From Pseudoalteromonas tetraodonis (GTDB taxonomy: Bacteria; Pseudomonadota; Gammaproteobacteria; Enterobacterales; Alteromonadaceae), in assembly GCF_002310835.1 (NCBI RefSeq), contig NZ_CP011041.1, positions 2,790,001 through 2,822,000 of the forward strand: a stretch of 32,000 bases of DNA, read 5' to 3'. Every line of letters starts with the position of its first letter. Positions within the stretch are counted from its first letter, which is position 1. The translations under genes were made by a program, and so were the position numbers. The notes under the pieces were generated by a model that worked only from the letters and a program-made list of their open reading frames with translations, was not told the origin of the DNA and did not search any database. Shown one piece after another: positions 1-8,850 of this stretch.

Positions 1-656
1 TGACTGTAAGCATTACTTAACTCCCTTATGCATAGGGTGCTTTTACTTACTTCGCCATCATCATAACTAAAAGTCATCAAACTGCGGCTAAAGGGCTTAT
101 TTGGCATAGCTTGTACTTGGCAGTGACGATTTAAATACAGCCCTTGCTGCTGTGCTAATGTTATAAATAACTGCGCCTCAGTAGTGGGTAAAATAAGATT
201 AAAACGCGAATGTTGATGACTTAGTTGCCTAAACGCACCAAGCAGTTCTGCAAAGCTTAAACCATCGGTATGGCGAGCGGTATTTCGCGCTGCATTATCA
301 CCTTTTAAACTGTGATTAAAATAAGGCGGATTAGCTATAACACAATCAAATAAACCTGCAGCCTCAAACTGCTGAATAGGCTGATGGTAAATACTAATAT
401 CCGGCCAAGGGCTTTGCTGGCAATTTTGTAAAGCCTGTTGGTAGGCGGCTTCATCAACTTCAACCGCGCTCACCTTTAAATGTGGCGCTCGTTGCTTACA
501 CATTAGAGCCAGTAACCCTGTACCTGTTCCTATATCAAGTAACGTATTTGCGTGGCTTAAATCAGCCCATGCGCCCAGTAAAATACCATCGGTAGAGACC
601 TTCATGGCGCACTGGTCGTGCTCAACCTTAAATTGTTTAAATGCAAAACCAGACAT
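1..656 (-). CDS. trmN6: tRNA1(Val) (adenine37-N6)-methyltransferase TrmN6/YfiC. The N-terminal about 218 aa are present; the C-terminus runs off the left edge of the window.
   Basis: ATG at 656-654. My translation begins MSGFAFKQFKVEHDQCAMKVSTDGILLGAWA..LDIGTGTGLLALM and contains ANPPYF (the NPPY motif). It is nearly collinear with E. coli YfiC as I remember it. The frame is open to position 3. It sits divergent to srmB, as in E. coli. Confidence 0.85.
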   Translation of the reverse strand, partial: MSGFAFKQFKVEHDQCAMKVSTDGILLGAWADLSHANTLLDIGTGTGLLALMCKQRAPHLKVSAVEVDEAAYQQALQNCQQSPWPDISIYHQPIQQFEAAGLFDCVIANPPYFNHSLKGDNAARNTARHTDGLSFAELLGAFRQLSHQHSRFNLILPTTEAQLFITLAQQQGLYLNRHCQVQAMPNKPFSRSLMTFSYDDGEVSKSTLCIRELSNAYS

Positions 657-671
657 TTTTTCACCTTTTCA

Positions 672-700
672 TTCACCAAGCAGGTTTAAGTGCGTATAAT
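672..700 (+). promoter_or_regulatory. Candidate sigma70 promoter for srmB
   Basis: Perfect TATAAT at 695-700, with TTCACC (4/6 to TTGACA) 17 bp upstream at 672-677. It lies about 33 nt before the srmB ATG. Sequence pattern only. Confidence 0.35.
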
Positions 701-732
701 TAACGGCAATTGTCCCCTATTTTTGACACTCT

Positions 733-1959
733 ATGCAATTTTCTGAATTTGATCTTGATGATAAGCTACTCAATGCTATTAATAAAATGGGCTATGAAAC
801 CCCCACTAGCATTCAACAACAAGCCATTCCTGAGGCGTTGCAAGGACGCGATATTTTAGCGTCGGCACCAACAGGTACGGGTAAAACGGCGGCATTTTTA
901 ATTCCGGCAATTCAATATTTAATGGATTTCCCACGTCGTGATCCGGGTTTTGCACGGGTATTAATTATGACCCCAACGCGCGAGCTTGCTTATCAAATTC
1001 ATGAACAATGTGAGTTACTTGCAAAACAAACCCAGTTAAAAATTGGGGTGGTTACCGGCGGTATAAACTACGGTACACACAAAGAAATTTTTGAAAATAA
1101 TAATGACATTTTAATCGCCACACCTGGGCGTTTAATGGAATATTTAGAAACCGAAAACTTCCATGCAGAAAACGTAGAAATGCTCATTCTTGATGAAGCC
1201 GACCGCATGCTCGACATGGGTTTTCGTAAAGAAATGCTGCGCATTTGTGATGAAGCTAAAAACCGTCGTCAGTGCTTTTTATTCTCAGCTACTCTTGAAG
1301 GTGACAGCGTAGAATTATTTGCAGAGCGTATTTTAAACGATCCCGCGCTACTTGAAGCCGAATCATCACGCAAAGAAAAAGCTAAAATTCATCAATGGGT
1401 TCATTTAGCCGACGACTACCGCCATAAACTAGAGCTATTAGTTAACACCTTAAATGGCCCTGATGTAAGTAAAGCGATTGTGTTTGTAAAAACCCGTGAG
1501 CGCCTTGAAACCCTAATTGGTGAGCTTACTAATAACGGCGTAAAAGCTGCGTGGTTACGTGGTGAAATGCCACAAGACAAACGCATGAAAGCCATGGAAA
1601 ACTTCCACAGTGGCAAAACCCGTATTTTAGTCGCTACCGATGTAGCGGCCCGCGGTATTGATGTAGCTGATATAAGCCACGTAATTAATTTTGATATGCC
1701 TCGCACTGCAGATGTATACGTACACCGTATTGGCCGTACAGGTCGCGCAGGTAAAAAAGGTATTGCAATTTCACTCATTGAAGCGCACGACATTGGCATA
1801 CTTTACAAAGTAGAACGTTACATAGAGCAAAAGCTAAAACGCCGTGTATTTAAAGGATTAGAGCCAAAGCATAAAGAAGCCAAGCCACCGGTTAAAAAGC
1901 GTAAAGATCCAGTAAAAATGAAAGCAAAGAAAAAAGCCAAAGCTAAAAAGAAAAAATAG
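733..1959 (+). CDS. srmB: ATP-dependent DEAD-box RNA helicase SrmB
   Basis: Motifs seen: Q-motif region (TPTSIQQQAIP), Walker A APTGTGKT, DEAD (LDEADRML), SAT, HRIGRTGRAG, and a Lys-rich tail. It is adjacent and divergent to yfiC, as in E. coli. Confidence 0.9.
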   Translation: MQFSEFDLDDKLLNAINKMGYETPTSIQQQAIPEALQGRDILASAPTGTGKTAAFLIPAIQYLMDFPRRDPGFARVLIMTPTRELAYQIHEQCELLAKQTQLKIGVVTGGINYGTHKEIFENNNDILIATPGRLMEYLETENFHAENVEMLILDEADRMLDMGFRKEMLRICDEAKNRRQCFLFSATLEGDSVELFAERILNDPALLEAESSRKEKAKIHQWVHLADDYRHKLELLVNTLNGPDVSKAIVFVKTRERLETLIGELTNNGVKAAWLRGEMPQDKRMKAMENFHSGKTRILVATDVAARGIDVADISHVINFDMPRTADVYVHRIGRTGRAGKKGIAISLIEAHDIGILYKVERYIEQKLKRRVFKGLEPKHKEAKPPVKKRKDPVKMKAKKKAKAKKKK

Positions 1960-1983
1960 CTTTAGCTTTAACACATTTAATTG

Positions 1984-2007
1984 AGCCGACGTTTGTCGGC
2001 TTTTTTG
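1984..2007 (+). terminator. Rho-independent terminator of srmB
   Basis: Hairpin AGCCGAC-gttt-GTCGGCT followed by a T6 run, 25 nt after the stop codon. Confidence 0.8.
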
Positions 2008-2198
2008 TGGCTTAAAAACAGTGAGTAAGCTATTCATAGTAATATGTAAAAAATACTTAGCTGAATAACTAATTAATAAAATAGTAAGTTATTTCAAATA
2101 GTTAATCTTGGAATGAAACTTGTAACCCTATCGAATATACGAGTATTAAAACGCCGAGTAATGGCGTTGTTTTTTAGTAACACACTAAGGATATAGTT

Positions 2199-2519
2199 AT
2201 GAGTCGCATTAAATTTACTATCGGTTTTATTTCGTTTTGTTGTTTATTTTTATTAGTCTCTGCTTTTAAAGTCAGTGCAGCAACGCATTTAGCTGTAGTT
2301 AGCAGTGTGGCTACACAACCTAATTTACAACAATCTATTACTCATGAATTGCGCACTAACCCAAATTTAAAGTTAGAAAAACTAAACGTACACGTTAATG
2401 ACGGTGACGTTGAACTTAAAGGTGAAGCCAATAACGGTTTTGAACGCGCTCTCGCACAAAAGTTTTTAGAAAATATGGATGGGGTTAAAATCATTCATAA
2501 CAAAATTAGTGTCATTTAA
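2199..2519 (+). CDS. Secreted BON-domain protein (OsmY-like, single BON domain)
   Basis: N-terminal signal peptide (FISFCCLFLLVSAFKVSA/A). The C-terminal segment LNVHVNDGDVELKGEANNGFERALAQKFLENMDGVKIIHNKISV matches the BON-domain pattern. An AAGGA Shine-Dalgarno sits 8 nt upstream of the ATG. Confidence 0.7.
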   Translation: MSRIKFTIGFISFCCLFLLVSAFKVSAATHLAVVSSVATQPNLQQSITHELRTNPNLKLEKLNVHVNDGDVELKGEANNGFERALAQKFLENMDGVKIIHNKISVI

Positions 2520-2559
2520 TACAACTTTTTCTTAACTTATACACTTAACTTATCCCTCA

Positions 2560-2596
2560 GCGCTGCTTGTTTCTCCAACACAAGCGGCGCTTTTTT
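2560..2596 (+). terminator. Rho-independent terminator of the BON-domain gene
   Basis: Hairpin GCGCTGCTTGT-(loop)-ACAAGCGGCGC followed by TTTTTT. Confidence 0.7.
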
Positions 2597-2885
2597 ATGG
2601 TTTGCACAATATAATTCACTGCAGAGCATATTCCCAAGCCAGTTTAAATACTTAATTAAAAGCCTTTTAGTTTACGCACCAATCGCGACGCTCATTGCAG
2701 CTGCTTATACTTTTGAAACCTTTGTTTATAGACACTTATTATAAAGAGCTTACACCAAGCTTGGGCTCTAGTTCGGTTGATTAAATAATCTATTTTGAGA
2801 TGAGAAACCTTATCGATATAGTTTTATAATTGAGATGCTTTTAAGGCAGTTAGCGCAAGGCTTTAATTACTTCAGATTATCAATT

Positions 2886-3165
2886 GGGTCTGTTGTTCTT
2901 TCAAGGTTGAATTTGCAGTAGTCTGTTTGGTATTTAGCCAAGGGTTCTGCCCAGGGACATTTACTCTTTGTTGGCTACATGGATGGTGGTAAGGAGCGCG
3001 AGCTGGACACGGAAGCTTTGCTCGGTTTTTACTTATTATTACATGGATGTAAGCCAGTAGAATAACGCAGGAGCAGTTATCGAGCCCACTAGGCAACAAA
3101 CCTCGCGTCGCGATTAAATAGCTCTTAGTTTGAACTAATTTTAATCCGCAAAGGTCAACAGACCC
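2886..3165 (-). repeat. Copy A (280 bp) of a modular non-coding repeat with terminal inverted repeats. It could be MITE-like or a structured RNA.
   Basis: On the minus strand it starts GGGTCTGTTGACCTTT and ends CAACAGACCC, giving a perfect 10-bp TIR (14/16 when extended). Four blocks totalling about 185 nt are roughly 87% identical to 25109-25363 by hand alignment. Copy-specific hairpin-rich insertions separate the blocks. Confidence 0.75.
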
Positions 3166-3180
3166 TTATATTATTTATTA

Positions 3181-3213
3181 TAAAAAGCGCGTTTTACTTT
3201 GTAAAAACGCGCT
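3181..3213 (-). terminator. Rho-independent terminator of the MscS-family gene
   Basis: Minus strand: AGCGCGTTTT-(loop)-AAAACGCGCT followed by TTTTT, about 50 nt downstream of the stop at 3265. Confidence 0.75.
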
Positions 3214-3264
3214 GATAGTCAGTAACTATTTCCCAATGCTTTTACCTTCGGGGTTTTAAATTAT

Positions 3265-4221
3265 TTACTCACCTTGGCTTGCATCAGTATTATTGTCACC
3301 CTCTTTATTTGCTGACTGCTGACTTATTTTATCGCTTATCATGGCATCGAGTTTTTCACCGCCTTTAATACCAAAATCCAACGTACGAATAGGAAACGGA
3401 ATACTAATATCAGCGGCATCAAGTGCTTGCTTTACAGCCACAACTCCTTTGTGACGCACCGTCATAAAATCAGGCTCACCAGGGTATTTGATCCAAAACC
3501 ACACCAACAAGTTTATACTGCTATCACCAAAGCCTTCGGCATAAACAGCGGTTTCATTTTTGCGGATCACAAAGTCAAATTGGTTAATTTTGTCGACGAT
3601 GACCTCACTGGCTTTTTCTATGTCGTCAGCGTAAGAAATACCCACCGGCACTTCTATTCGTCTTACCCCTAAGGTGCTGTAATTACGCAGTACATTTCTA
3701 AATAGTATTTTATTAGGTACCAGTATCAATTGCCCGTAAAAGCTCTCTATTAGTGTGTTGCGCAAGTTTATTGAATGTACCGAACCAAACACATTATCGG
3801 TTTCTATGACATCACCCGCTTTAAACGGTTTACGAATTCCCATGGCTATACCCGCTATCAGGTTTTCGGTCATATCTTGAAAAGCAAAACCAATGGCAAG
3901 ACCAACAATACCTGCACCAGCAAGCAGAGAAGTGACGGTACTTTTTAAGCCCATAAAATCAAGGGCAATAAATACCCCCACACTCAGTACAATAACTTTA
4001 AATATTGAGGCCATTAAATCGGCAATTTGCGTAGAGTCGAGCGAGCGACGTAAAACATTTTTCATTCCTTTGCCTGCTAAACGGGCAATAAATGAAAATA
4101 GAATGGCAATAATTACTGCAACGATAAAGTTTGGGATATGACTTATAACTACATCAAACCAACCGCCGAGCTTTTCTTCTATCAACTTTTCGGCTTCTGT
4201 AATTGAGGGAATTGAGAGCAT
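3265..4221 (-). CDS. Small-conductance mechanosensitive channel, MscS family
   Basis: N-terminal TM helices are followed by a pore helix (GAGIVGLAIGFAFQDMTENLIAGI) and a beta domain (KPFKAGDVIE...G.V..I.LR.T). Full MscS architecture, including the C-terminal alpha/beta domain. Confidence 0.85.
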   Translation of the reverse strand: MLSIPSITEAEKLIEEKLGGWFDVVISHIPNFIVAVIIAILFSFIARLAGKGMKNVLRRSLDSTQIADLMASIFKVIVLSVGVFIALDFMGLKSTVTSLLAGAGIVGLAIGFAFQDMTENLIAGIAMGIRKPFKAGDVIETDNVFGSVHSINLRNTLIESFYGQLILVPNKILFRNVLRNYSTLGVRRIEVPVGISYADDIEKASEVIVDKINQFDFVIRKNETAVYAEGFGDSSINLLVWFWIKYPGEPDFMTVRHKGVVAVKQALDAADISIPFPIRTLDFGIKGGEKLDAMISDKISQQSANKEGDNNTDASQGE

Positions 4222-4278
4222 TTATTTTATACCTTAGTTAGGGTTAGTAATCTAAGGTTTGCAAAAATAACGCCAGTA

Positions 4279-4304
4279 TAAAAAAGCCATGCAATGCATG
4301 GCTT
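4279..4304 (-). terminator. Rho-independent terminator of yaaA
   Basis: Minus strand: AAGCCATGCA-t-TGCATGGCTT followed by TTTTTT. Confidence 0.75.
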
Positions 4305-4326
4305 ATTAAATACTTTAAACGATGTG

Positions 4327-5106
4327 TTAGTTTTGCTCTTCGCGTAAAAATACCGGTTCAAGTTCTTTGGTGGTTGCCTCTGGGCTAAAGTAATAGCCGG
4401 CCACAGTAAACTCTTTGAGTTGGCTTAATTGAGTCACTTGATTTTCAATGATGTAGCGTGCCATCATGCCGCGCGCTTTTTTAGCGTAAAAGCTAATCAC
4501 TTTATATTGGCCGTTTTTACAGTCTTTAAAGTGTGGTGTAATAATGTGTGCGTTAAGCGTTTTTTTATCTACTGCTTTAAAGTATTCGTTAGAGGCTAGA
4601 TTTACTAAGTATTGTGCATCTTGTGCCGCTAATACGTCGTTAAGTTTATTAGCAATAACACTGCCCCAAAACTCATATAAGTTTTTACCTCGGCTATTTT
4701 CAAGTTTTGTACCCATTTCTAAGCGATAAGCCTGCATTAAATCAAGCGGCTTTAATACTCCGTATAATCCCGAAAGTATACGTAAATGGTCTTGAGCGTA
4801 ATCAAGCTGCTTAGTAGTGAGGGTATTAGCATCTAACCCCCCGTATACATCGCCGTTAAAGGCAAGCACGGCCTGTTTAGCATTATCGGTAGTGAATGGT
4901 TGTGCCCACTCACTAAAACGCGCTGCGTTGAGGCCTGCGAGTTTATCGCTAATTTTCATTAAACTGCCAATTTGCGCAGGAGTTAGTTCACGGCATACTT
5001 TCATGAGCGCTTCGCTGTGCTCAAGTAATTCAGGTTGAGTGAACTTATCTGTTGCGGGTGGCGTGTCGTAATCAAGATTCTTTGCTGGTGAAATAACAGT
5101 GATCAT
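4327..5106 (-). CDS. yaaA: Peroxide stress protein YaaA (UPF0246/DUF328)
   Basis: The start [14 protein letters not shown] and overall length are typical of YaaA. It neighbours talB, as in the E. coli thr-yaaA-talB region. Confidence 0.85.
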   Translation of the reverse strand: MITVISPAKNLDYDTPPATDKFTQPELLEHSEALMKVCRELTPAQIGSLMKISDKLAGLNAARFSEWAQPFTTDNAKQAVLAFNGDVYGGLDANTLTTKQLDYAQDHLRILSGLYGVLKPLDLMQAYRLEMGTKLENSRGKNLYEFWGSVIANKLNDVLAAQDAQYLVNLASNEYFKAVDKKTLNAHIITPHFKDCKNGQYKVISFYAKKARGMMARYIIENQVTQLSQLKEFTVAGYYFSPEATTKELEPVFLREEQN

Positions 5107-5324
5107 AGTTAGCTATTGACTTGTAAATTATTTAATGTCAATTTCAACATTAAATGAAACGAAAAGCACGTTTTGTTTAAAATTATCCTACCTAAAACTC
5201 AACCGTTACCGTTTTTTTATTGATAAGGACATAAGACCTATCAAGCATTGTCACACTGTTGCAGTATAGCTATATTAAGGTAGTTTAGATTTTCTTTTAA
5301 CTTGCTTGGAATGAGGAAAAGCAA

Positions 5325-6275
5325 ATGACTAGCGCTCTACAAAGGCTTAAACAACATTCTTCTATCGTGGCCGACACGGGCGATATAGAAGCCATAAAAA
5401 AACATCAACCTGAAGATGCGACTACCAATCCATCGCTACTTTTAAAAGCGAGCGAGATTGAAGCTTACAAACCTTATCTAGATAAAGCATGGCAGTATGC
5501 AAAAGAAACAGAGCAGCAGCCTGCAAAACAGCTAGAGCTGGCTTGTGATTATTTTGCAGTATTACTTGGTAAAGAAATTAGTGAAATTGTACCGGGTTAT
5601 ATTTCTACCGAAGTTGATGCACGTTTATCATTTGATACCCAAGCAACAATTAATAAAGCACACACGCTATTGAGCCTTTACGAAAAAGAAGGCGTAAGCA
5701 AAGACAAAATTTTAATTAAAATAGCGTCAACGTGGGAAGGTATTAAAGCGGCTGAGCAATTAGAAAAAGAAGGCACTAAGTGTAACCTTACTTTATTATT
5801 CAGCGATGCCCAAGCGCGCGCTTGTGCTGATGCAAACGTATTTTTAATCTCTCCATTTGTTGGCCGTATTTTAGATTGGCACGTGGCAAACGGTATGGAA
5901 AAACCAACCGATCCGCTTCAAGATCCAGGTGTGCAATCTGTACGTAGCATTTTTGAGTTTTACAAACGTCACGACTACAAAACCGTAGTTATGGGCGCAA
6001 GCTTTCGTAATACCGGTGAAATTATTGCACTTACAGGATGCGATAAGCTAACAATTAGCCCTAATCTTTTAGAAGATTTGGGTAATTTAGAAGGTGCTGA
6101 AGAATACTTGCTAGCAAGTGATATTACTAAAGAGCCAAAACCTGAGCCTCTTAGCGAAACACAGTTCCGTTGGTTACATAACCAAGATGCCATGGCGACT
6201 GAAAAACTCGCTGAAGGTATTCGCTCATTTGCAGATGCACAGGAACAATTAGAAGCACGCTTTAAAGCGATGTAA
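5325..6275 (+). CDS. talB: Transaldolase B
   Basis: Motifs [35 protein letters not shown] (Schiff-base Lys context) and [11 protein letters not shown]. 316 aa. Confidence 0.92.
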   Translation: MTSALQRLKQHSSIVADTGDIEAIKKHQPEDATTNPSLLLKASEIEAYKPYLDKAWQYAKETEQQPAKQLELACDYFAVLLGKEISEIVPGYISTEVDARLSFDTQATINKAHTLLSLYEKEGVSKDKILIKIASTWEGIKAAEQLEKEGTKCNLTLLFSDAQARACADANVFLISPFVGRILDWHVANGMEKPTDPLQDPGVQSVRSIFEFYKRHDYKTVVMGASFRNTGEIIALTGCDKLTISPNLLEDLGNLEGAEEYLLASDITKEPKPEPLSETQFRWLHNQDAMATEKLAEGIRSFADAQEQLEARFKAM

Positions 6276-6297
6276 CTAACCGCTGTTTTAAGAGTTT

Positions 6298-6326
6298 AAA
6301 AACGTCGCTTATTGCGGCGTTTTTTA
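6298..6326 (+). terminator. Rho-independent terminator of talB
   Basis: AACGTCGC-ttatt-GCGGCGTT followed by TTTTT. Confidence 0.75.
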
Positions 6327-6501
6327 TACCTGCAATTTTATTTTAAATACTCGCCTTGTCCCCATTTAAGTGCTGTTCTCATTGATCTTCATCAAAATAC
6401 CACCCGTTAGTAACAGTTTCGTCACATTTATATTCTATTTTATTAATAGCTATGGTATAGATACTGCCGAGGTTCAAAAAGTGGTCAATAGGAGATAATC
6501 A

Positions 6502-6690
6502 ATGGATAGCCTAAACGAAATAATAGAGATATTAGAAGGTTCTGATACATCGAAAAAAACCTCTCAAAAAAATAAAAAAAGAAAATGGCGCGAAATAGAA
6601 GCAATAAAAGATAAGCAACGTTTGCGTAAAGAACTACAGGAGCTTGACTATTTTGCAGATAGTGTTGCTATTGATGAGTTAGAGTTTTAA
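6502..6690 (+). CDS. Small charged hypothetical protein (62 aa), possibly of the DUF3545 type
   Basis: GGAG Shine-Dalgarno (aataGGAGataatcaATG) and its own terminator. The KKRKWREIEAIKDKQRLRKEL motif resembles small DUF3545 proteins of Vibrio and Shewanella, recalled from memory only. Confidence 0.5.
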   Translation: MDSLNEIIEILEGSDTSKKTSQKNKKRKWREIEAIKDKQRLRKELQELDYFADSVAIDELEF

Positions 6691-6705
6691 CCAACATAAG
6701 CAACT

Positions 6706-6737
6706 AAAAAGGCTTTCATAAATGAAAGCCTTTTTTA
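6706..6737. terminator. Bidirectional terminator between the 62-aa ORF and ung
   Basis: Perfect 12-bp stem AAAGGCTTTCAT-aa-ATGAAAGCCTTT, flanked by an A-run and a T-run. Confidence 0.8.
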
Positions 6738-6743
6738 ATTACC

Positions 6744-7406
6744 CTATACCTGCCAATTAATGGGCTGCGCCCCTTGCGCTATTAACAGTTCATTGGTTTT
6801 GGAAAAGTGCTGGCAACCAAAAAAGCCGCGATGCGCTGAAAGCGGCGAAGGATGAGGCCCTGCCAATACATGATGGCGCTGGCGATCAATACTTTTACCT
6901 TTTTTTTGTGCATGTGCGCCCCATAAAATAAACACCACACCTTGGCAGTGTTCATTTATATGAGCAATCACATTATCGGTAAATTGCTCCCAACCTAAGT
7001 GTTTATGGGAATGGGCTTGCCCTTGCTCTACGGTTAATACAGTATTGAGTAAAAATACACCTTGCTCTGCCCAGCCTTGTAAATAGCCGTGTTCTGGCGT
7101 GGTAAAGCCATTAATATCAGTTACTAACTCTTTATAAATGTTTTTAAGCGAAGGCGGGAGCTTTTTAACCTCAGGCAATACTGAAAAACACAAACCATGC
7201 GCTTGCCCTTCTCCATGGTAAGGGTCTTGACCTAATATAACCACTTTAATGTCGCTAAGTGGAGTTGCATCAAATGCGCTAAACACCTGTGATTTTGGCG
7301 GATATACAGCAGTGCCTTCAGCTCGTTTACTCGCAATATATTCAAGGGTTTGCTGCATATATGTTTGGCTAAGTTCATGGTTTAAAAAAGATGACCAGTT
7401 GCTCAT
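6744..7406 (-). CDS. ung: Uracil-DNA glycosylase
   Basis: Motifs GQDPYHG, GVFLLN and HPSPLSA. 220 aa. Its ATG overlaps the btuF TGA stop (ATGA). Confidence 0.93.
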   Translation of the reverse strand: MSNWSSFLNHELSQTYMQQTLEYIASKRAEGTAVYPPKSQVFSAFDATPLSDIKVVILGQDPYHGEGQAHGLCFSVLPEVKKLPPSLKNIYKELVTDINGFTTPEHGYLQGWAEQGVFLLNTVLTVEQGQAHSHKHLGWEQFTDNVIAHINEHCQGVVFILWGAHAQKKGKSIDRQRHHVLAGPHPSPLSAHRGFFGCQHFSKTNELLIAQGAQPINWQV

Positions 7407-8251
7407 AATTGACTCTTAATAAATTCTCTAGATATATCTACTTTGTCACACATCTGCGCTAATCCATCCAACATTCTGGGGGTAAACCGATGTAATAAAT
7501 CAGCATTGACGCTAATAAACTGCTCATACTTTACCGCAGGAATTTCAGGCCACTGCTGCCAATTAACTGTGGGTATTACCCTTTTTGATTTTTCATCAGG
7601 AATAATAATAACTTGTGGCTTAGTAACTATCACGTTTTCGATGCTAATTTGTGGGTAATCTGTGTCGCTGTTTGCAAATACATTGGTTACTTGGCAAGTT
7701 TCGATTAACTGATTGATCCATGTCTTTTTTGATACAGTCATCATAGGCTCAGGCCACAACTGATAAAACCCAGTAAGCGTGGTTTTATCTTTCTGTGTAA
7801 CTTTAATTGCGTTGAGTTTGGCCGTAAATGTCTCGGCTACTTTTTTACTTTGCTCAATATGACCCGTTATTTGACCTAGTTTTAGTATTTCCGAGGCAAC
7901 CCCTTCAATAGAACTTGGATCACTTAAATATAATTCAATTCCTAAACGCTTTATTTGTGCTAAATCTTCAGCCTGATTACCACTTTTCCACGCAATCACC
8001 ATGTCAGGTTTTAGCATGAGTAACTTTTCAATAGAAATGCCATTGTAGCCACCAATACGCTCAATTTTAGTCGCCTCTTGCGGGTAATCTGCGTAATCCA
8101 GCGTGCCCACTATTAAATCACCCGCCCCAATAGCATATAAATTTTCAACTATGTGTGGTGCTAAAGCCACTATACGAAGCGGCTTGTCAGCTAGGGCTTG
8201 AGGTACATTAACAGCAAACAATAACAGCCCAAAAACAATACGCTTTAACAT
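7403..8251 (-). CDS. btuF: Vitamin B12 ABC transporter periplasmic binding protein BtuF
   Basis: Signal peptide present. It is collinear with E. coli BtuF as I recall it (RIV.L.P...E...A.G, DYP..A..IE, KPD.VIAW..GN). It lies in an operon with FecCD/ATPase genes behind a cobalamin riboswitch. Confidence 0.8.
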   Translation of the reverse strand: MLKRIVFGLLLFAVNVPQALADKPLRIVALAPHIVENLYAIGAGDLIVGTLDYADYPQEATKIERIGGYNGISIEKLLMLKPDMVIAWKSGNQAEDLAQIKRLGIELYLSDPSSIEGVASEILKLGQITGHIEQSKKVAETFTAKLNAIKVTQKDKTTLTGFYQLWPEPMMTVSKKTWINQLIETCQVTNVFANSDTDYPQISIENVIVTKPQVIIIPDEKSKRVIPTVNWQQWPEIPAVKYEQFISVNADLLHRFTPRMLDGLAQMCDKVDISREFIKSQL

Positions 8252-8850
8252 TAGTAATCAAAGCCTTTCAATGCTTTTACGCCCGACTCAAACGCATGTT
8301 TTACATTACGTACTTCACTTACCGTATCGGCAAGCTCTATTAAGGTGCGATGCGCAGCACGACCAGTAATAATTACTGATTGCATAGGCGGTCTATTATT
8401 TACAGCAACAACCACTTCCTCTAGGTCGATATAACCATAGGTCACCATATAGGTGAGTTCATCGAGTAATACCACATCGATACTGCTGTCGCTTAGCATC
8501 CGTTTTGACTCTTGCCATGTTGCTTGCGCTGCCGCGGTATCGGCCTCTTTATTTTGCGTATCCCACGTAAAACCGGTGTTCATAACAGCAAATTCAACCC
8601 CAGCACCTTGCAGTAAATTACGCTCACCACACTCCCATGTGCCTTTAATAAACTGACATACCGCAGCTTTTTTACCGTGCCCAACACAGCGTGCAACCAC
8701 ACCAAAACCAGAAGTCGATTTGCCTTTACCGTTACCAGTAATAACCTGAAAAATGCCTTTTTCTCGTTGCGCTGCGGCTACTCGCGCGTCAACCTGTTCT
8801 TTTACTTTTTGTTGACGCTGTTGGTGCTTGTCGTTAGTTGATTCAGTCAT
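8251..8850 (-). CDS. cobO: Cob(I)yrinic acid a,c-diamide (corrinoid) adenosyltransferase CobO/BtuR
   Basis: P-loop-like [12 protein letters not shown], and DELTY near the middle. I chose the start at ATG 8850 (MTESTND), which overlaps the cobQ stop (ATGACTGA). The ORF-track start at 8886 would lie 44 nt inside cobQ. Confidence 0.8.
   Translation of the reverse strand: MTESTNDKHQQRQQKVKEQVDARVAAAQREKGIFQVITGNGKGKSTSGFGVVARCVGHGKKAAVCQFIKGTWECGERNLLQGAGVEFAVMNTGFTWDTQNKEADTAAAQATWQESKRMLSDSSIDVVLLDELTYMVTYGYIDLEEVVVAVNNRPPMQSVIITGRAAHRTLIELADTVSEVRNVKHAFESGVKALKGFDY

Noticed and set aside
1416-1799. 127-aa antisense ORF inside srmB. Similar antisense or off-frame ORFs occur at 3427-3672, 3893-4141, 4544-4729, 4817-5038, 5975-6193, 7443-7658, 8453-8656, 9681-9875, 10083-10397, 10532-10831, 10704-10925, 10863-11087, 11174-11509, 13981-14211, 15831-16040, 18430-18612, 18578-18784, 18673-18897, 23497-23754, 23959-24141, 24630-24842, 25593-25865, 28257-28508, 30507-30692 and 31453-31677.
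   Set aside because: All are embedded in strongly supported conserved genes on the other strand or frame. They have Cys/Ser/Pro/Arg-rich, low-complexity translations and no motifs or ribosome-binding sites. They are typical shadow ORFs.
2685-2697. 11-mer AATCGCGACGC shared with the repeat element, considered as a possible third (fragmentary) copy
   Set aside because: There is no extension of similarity on either side. My rough estimate is that a few 11-mer matches between a 280-bp query and 64 kb of two-strand sequence are expected by chance.
2872-3099. 75-aa ORF on the minus strand inside repeat copy A
   Set aside because: It lies wholly within the non-coding repeat. Copy B has insertions and deletions at block junctions that would destroy the frame. 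There is no Shine-Dalgarno, and the composition is odd (Cys/Pro/Gln-rich and low complexity).
5190-5290. Possible OxyR-type operator upstream of yaaA (inverted repeat TTGATAAGG..CCTATCAA, plus a TATAGCTATA segment)
   Set aside because: The spacing does not fit the ATAG-N7-CTAT x2 OxyR consensus as I know it. The inverted repeat is imperfect, so there is insufficient support.
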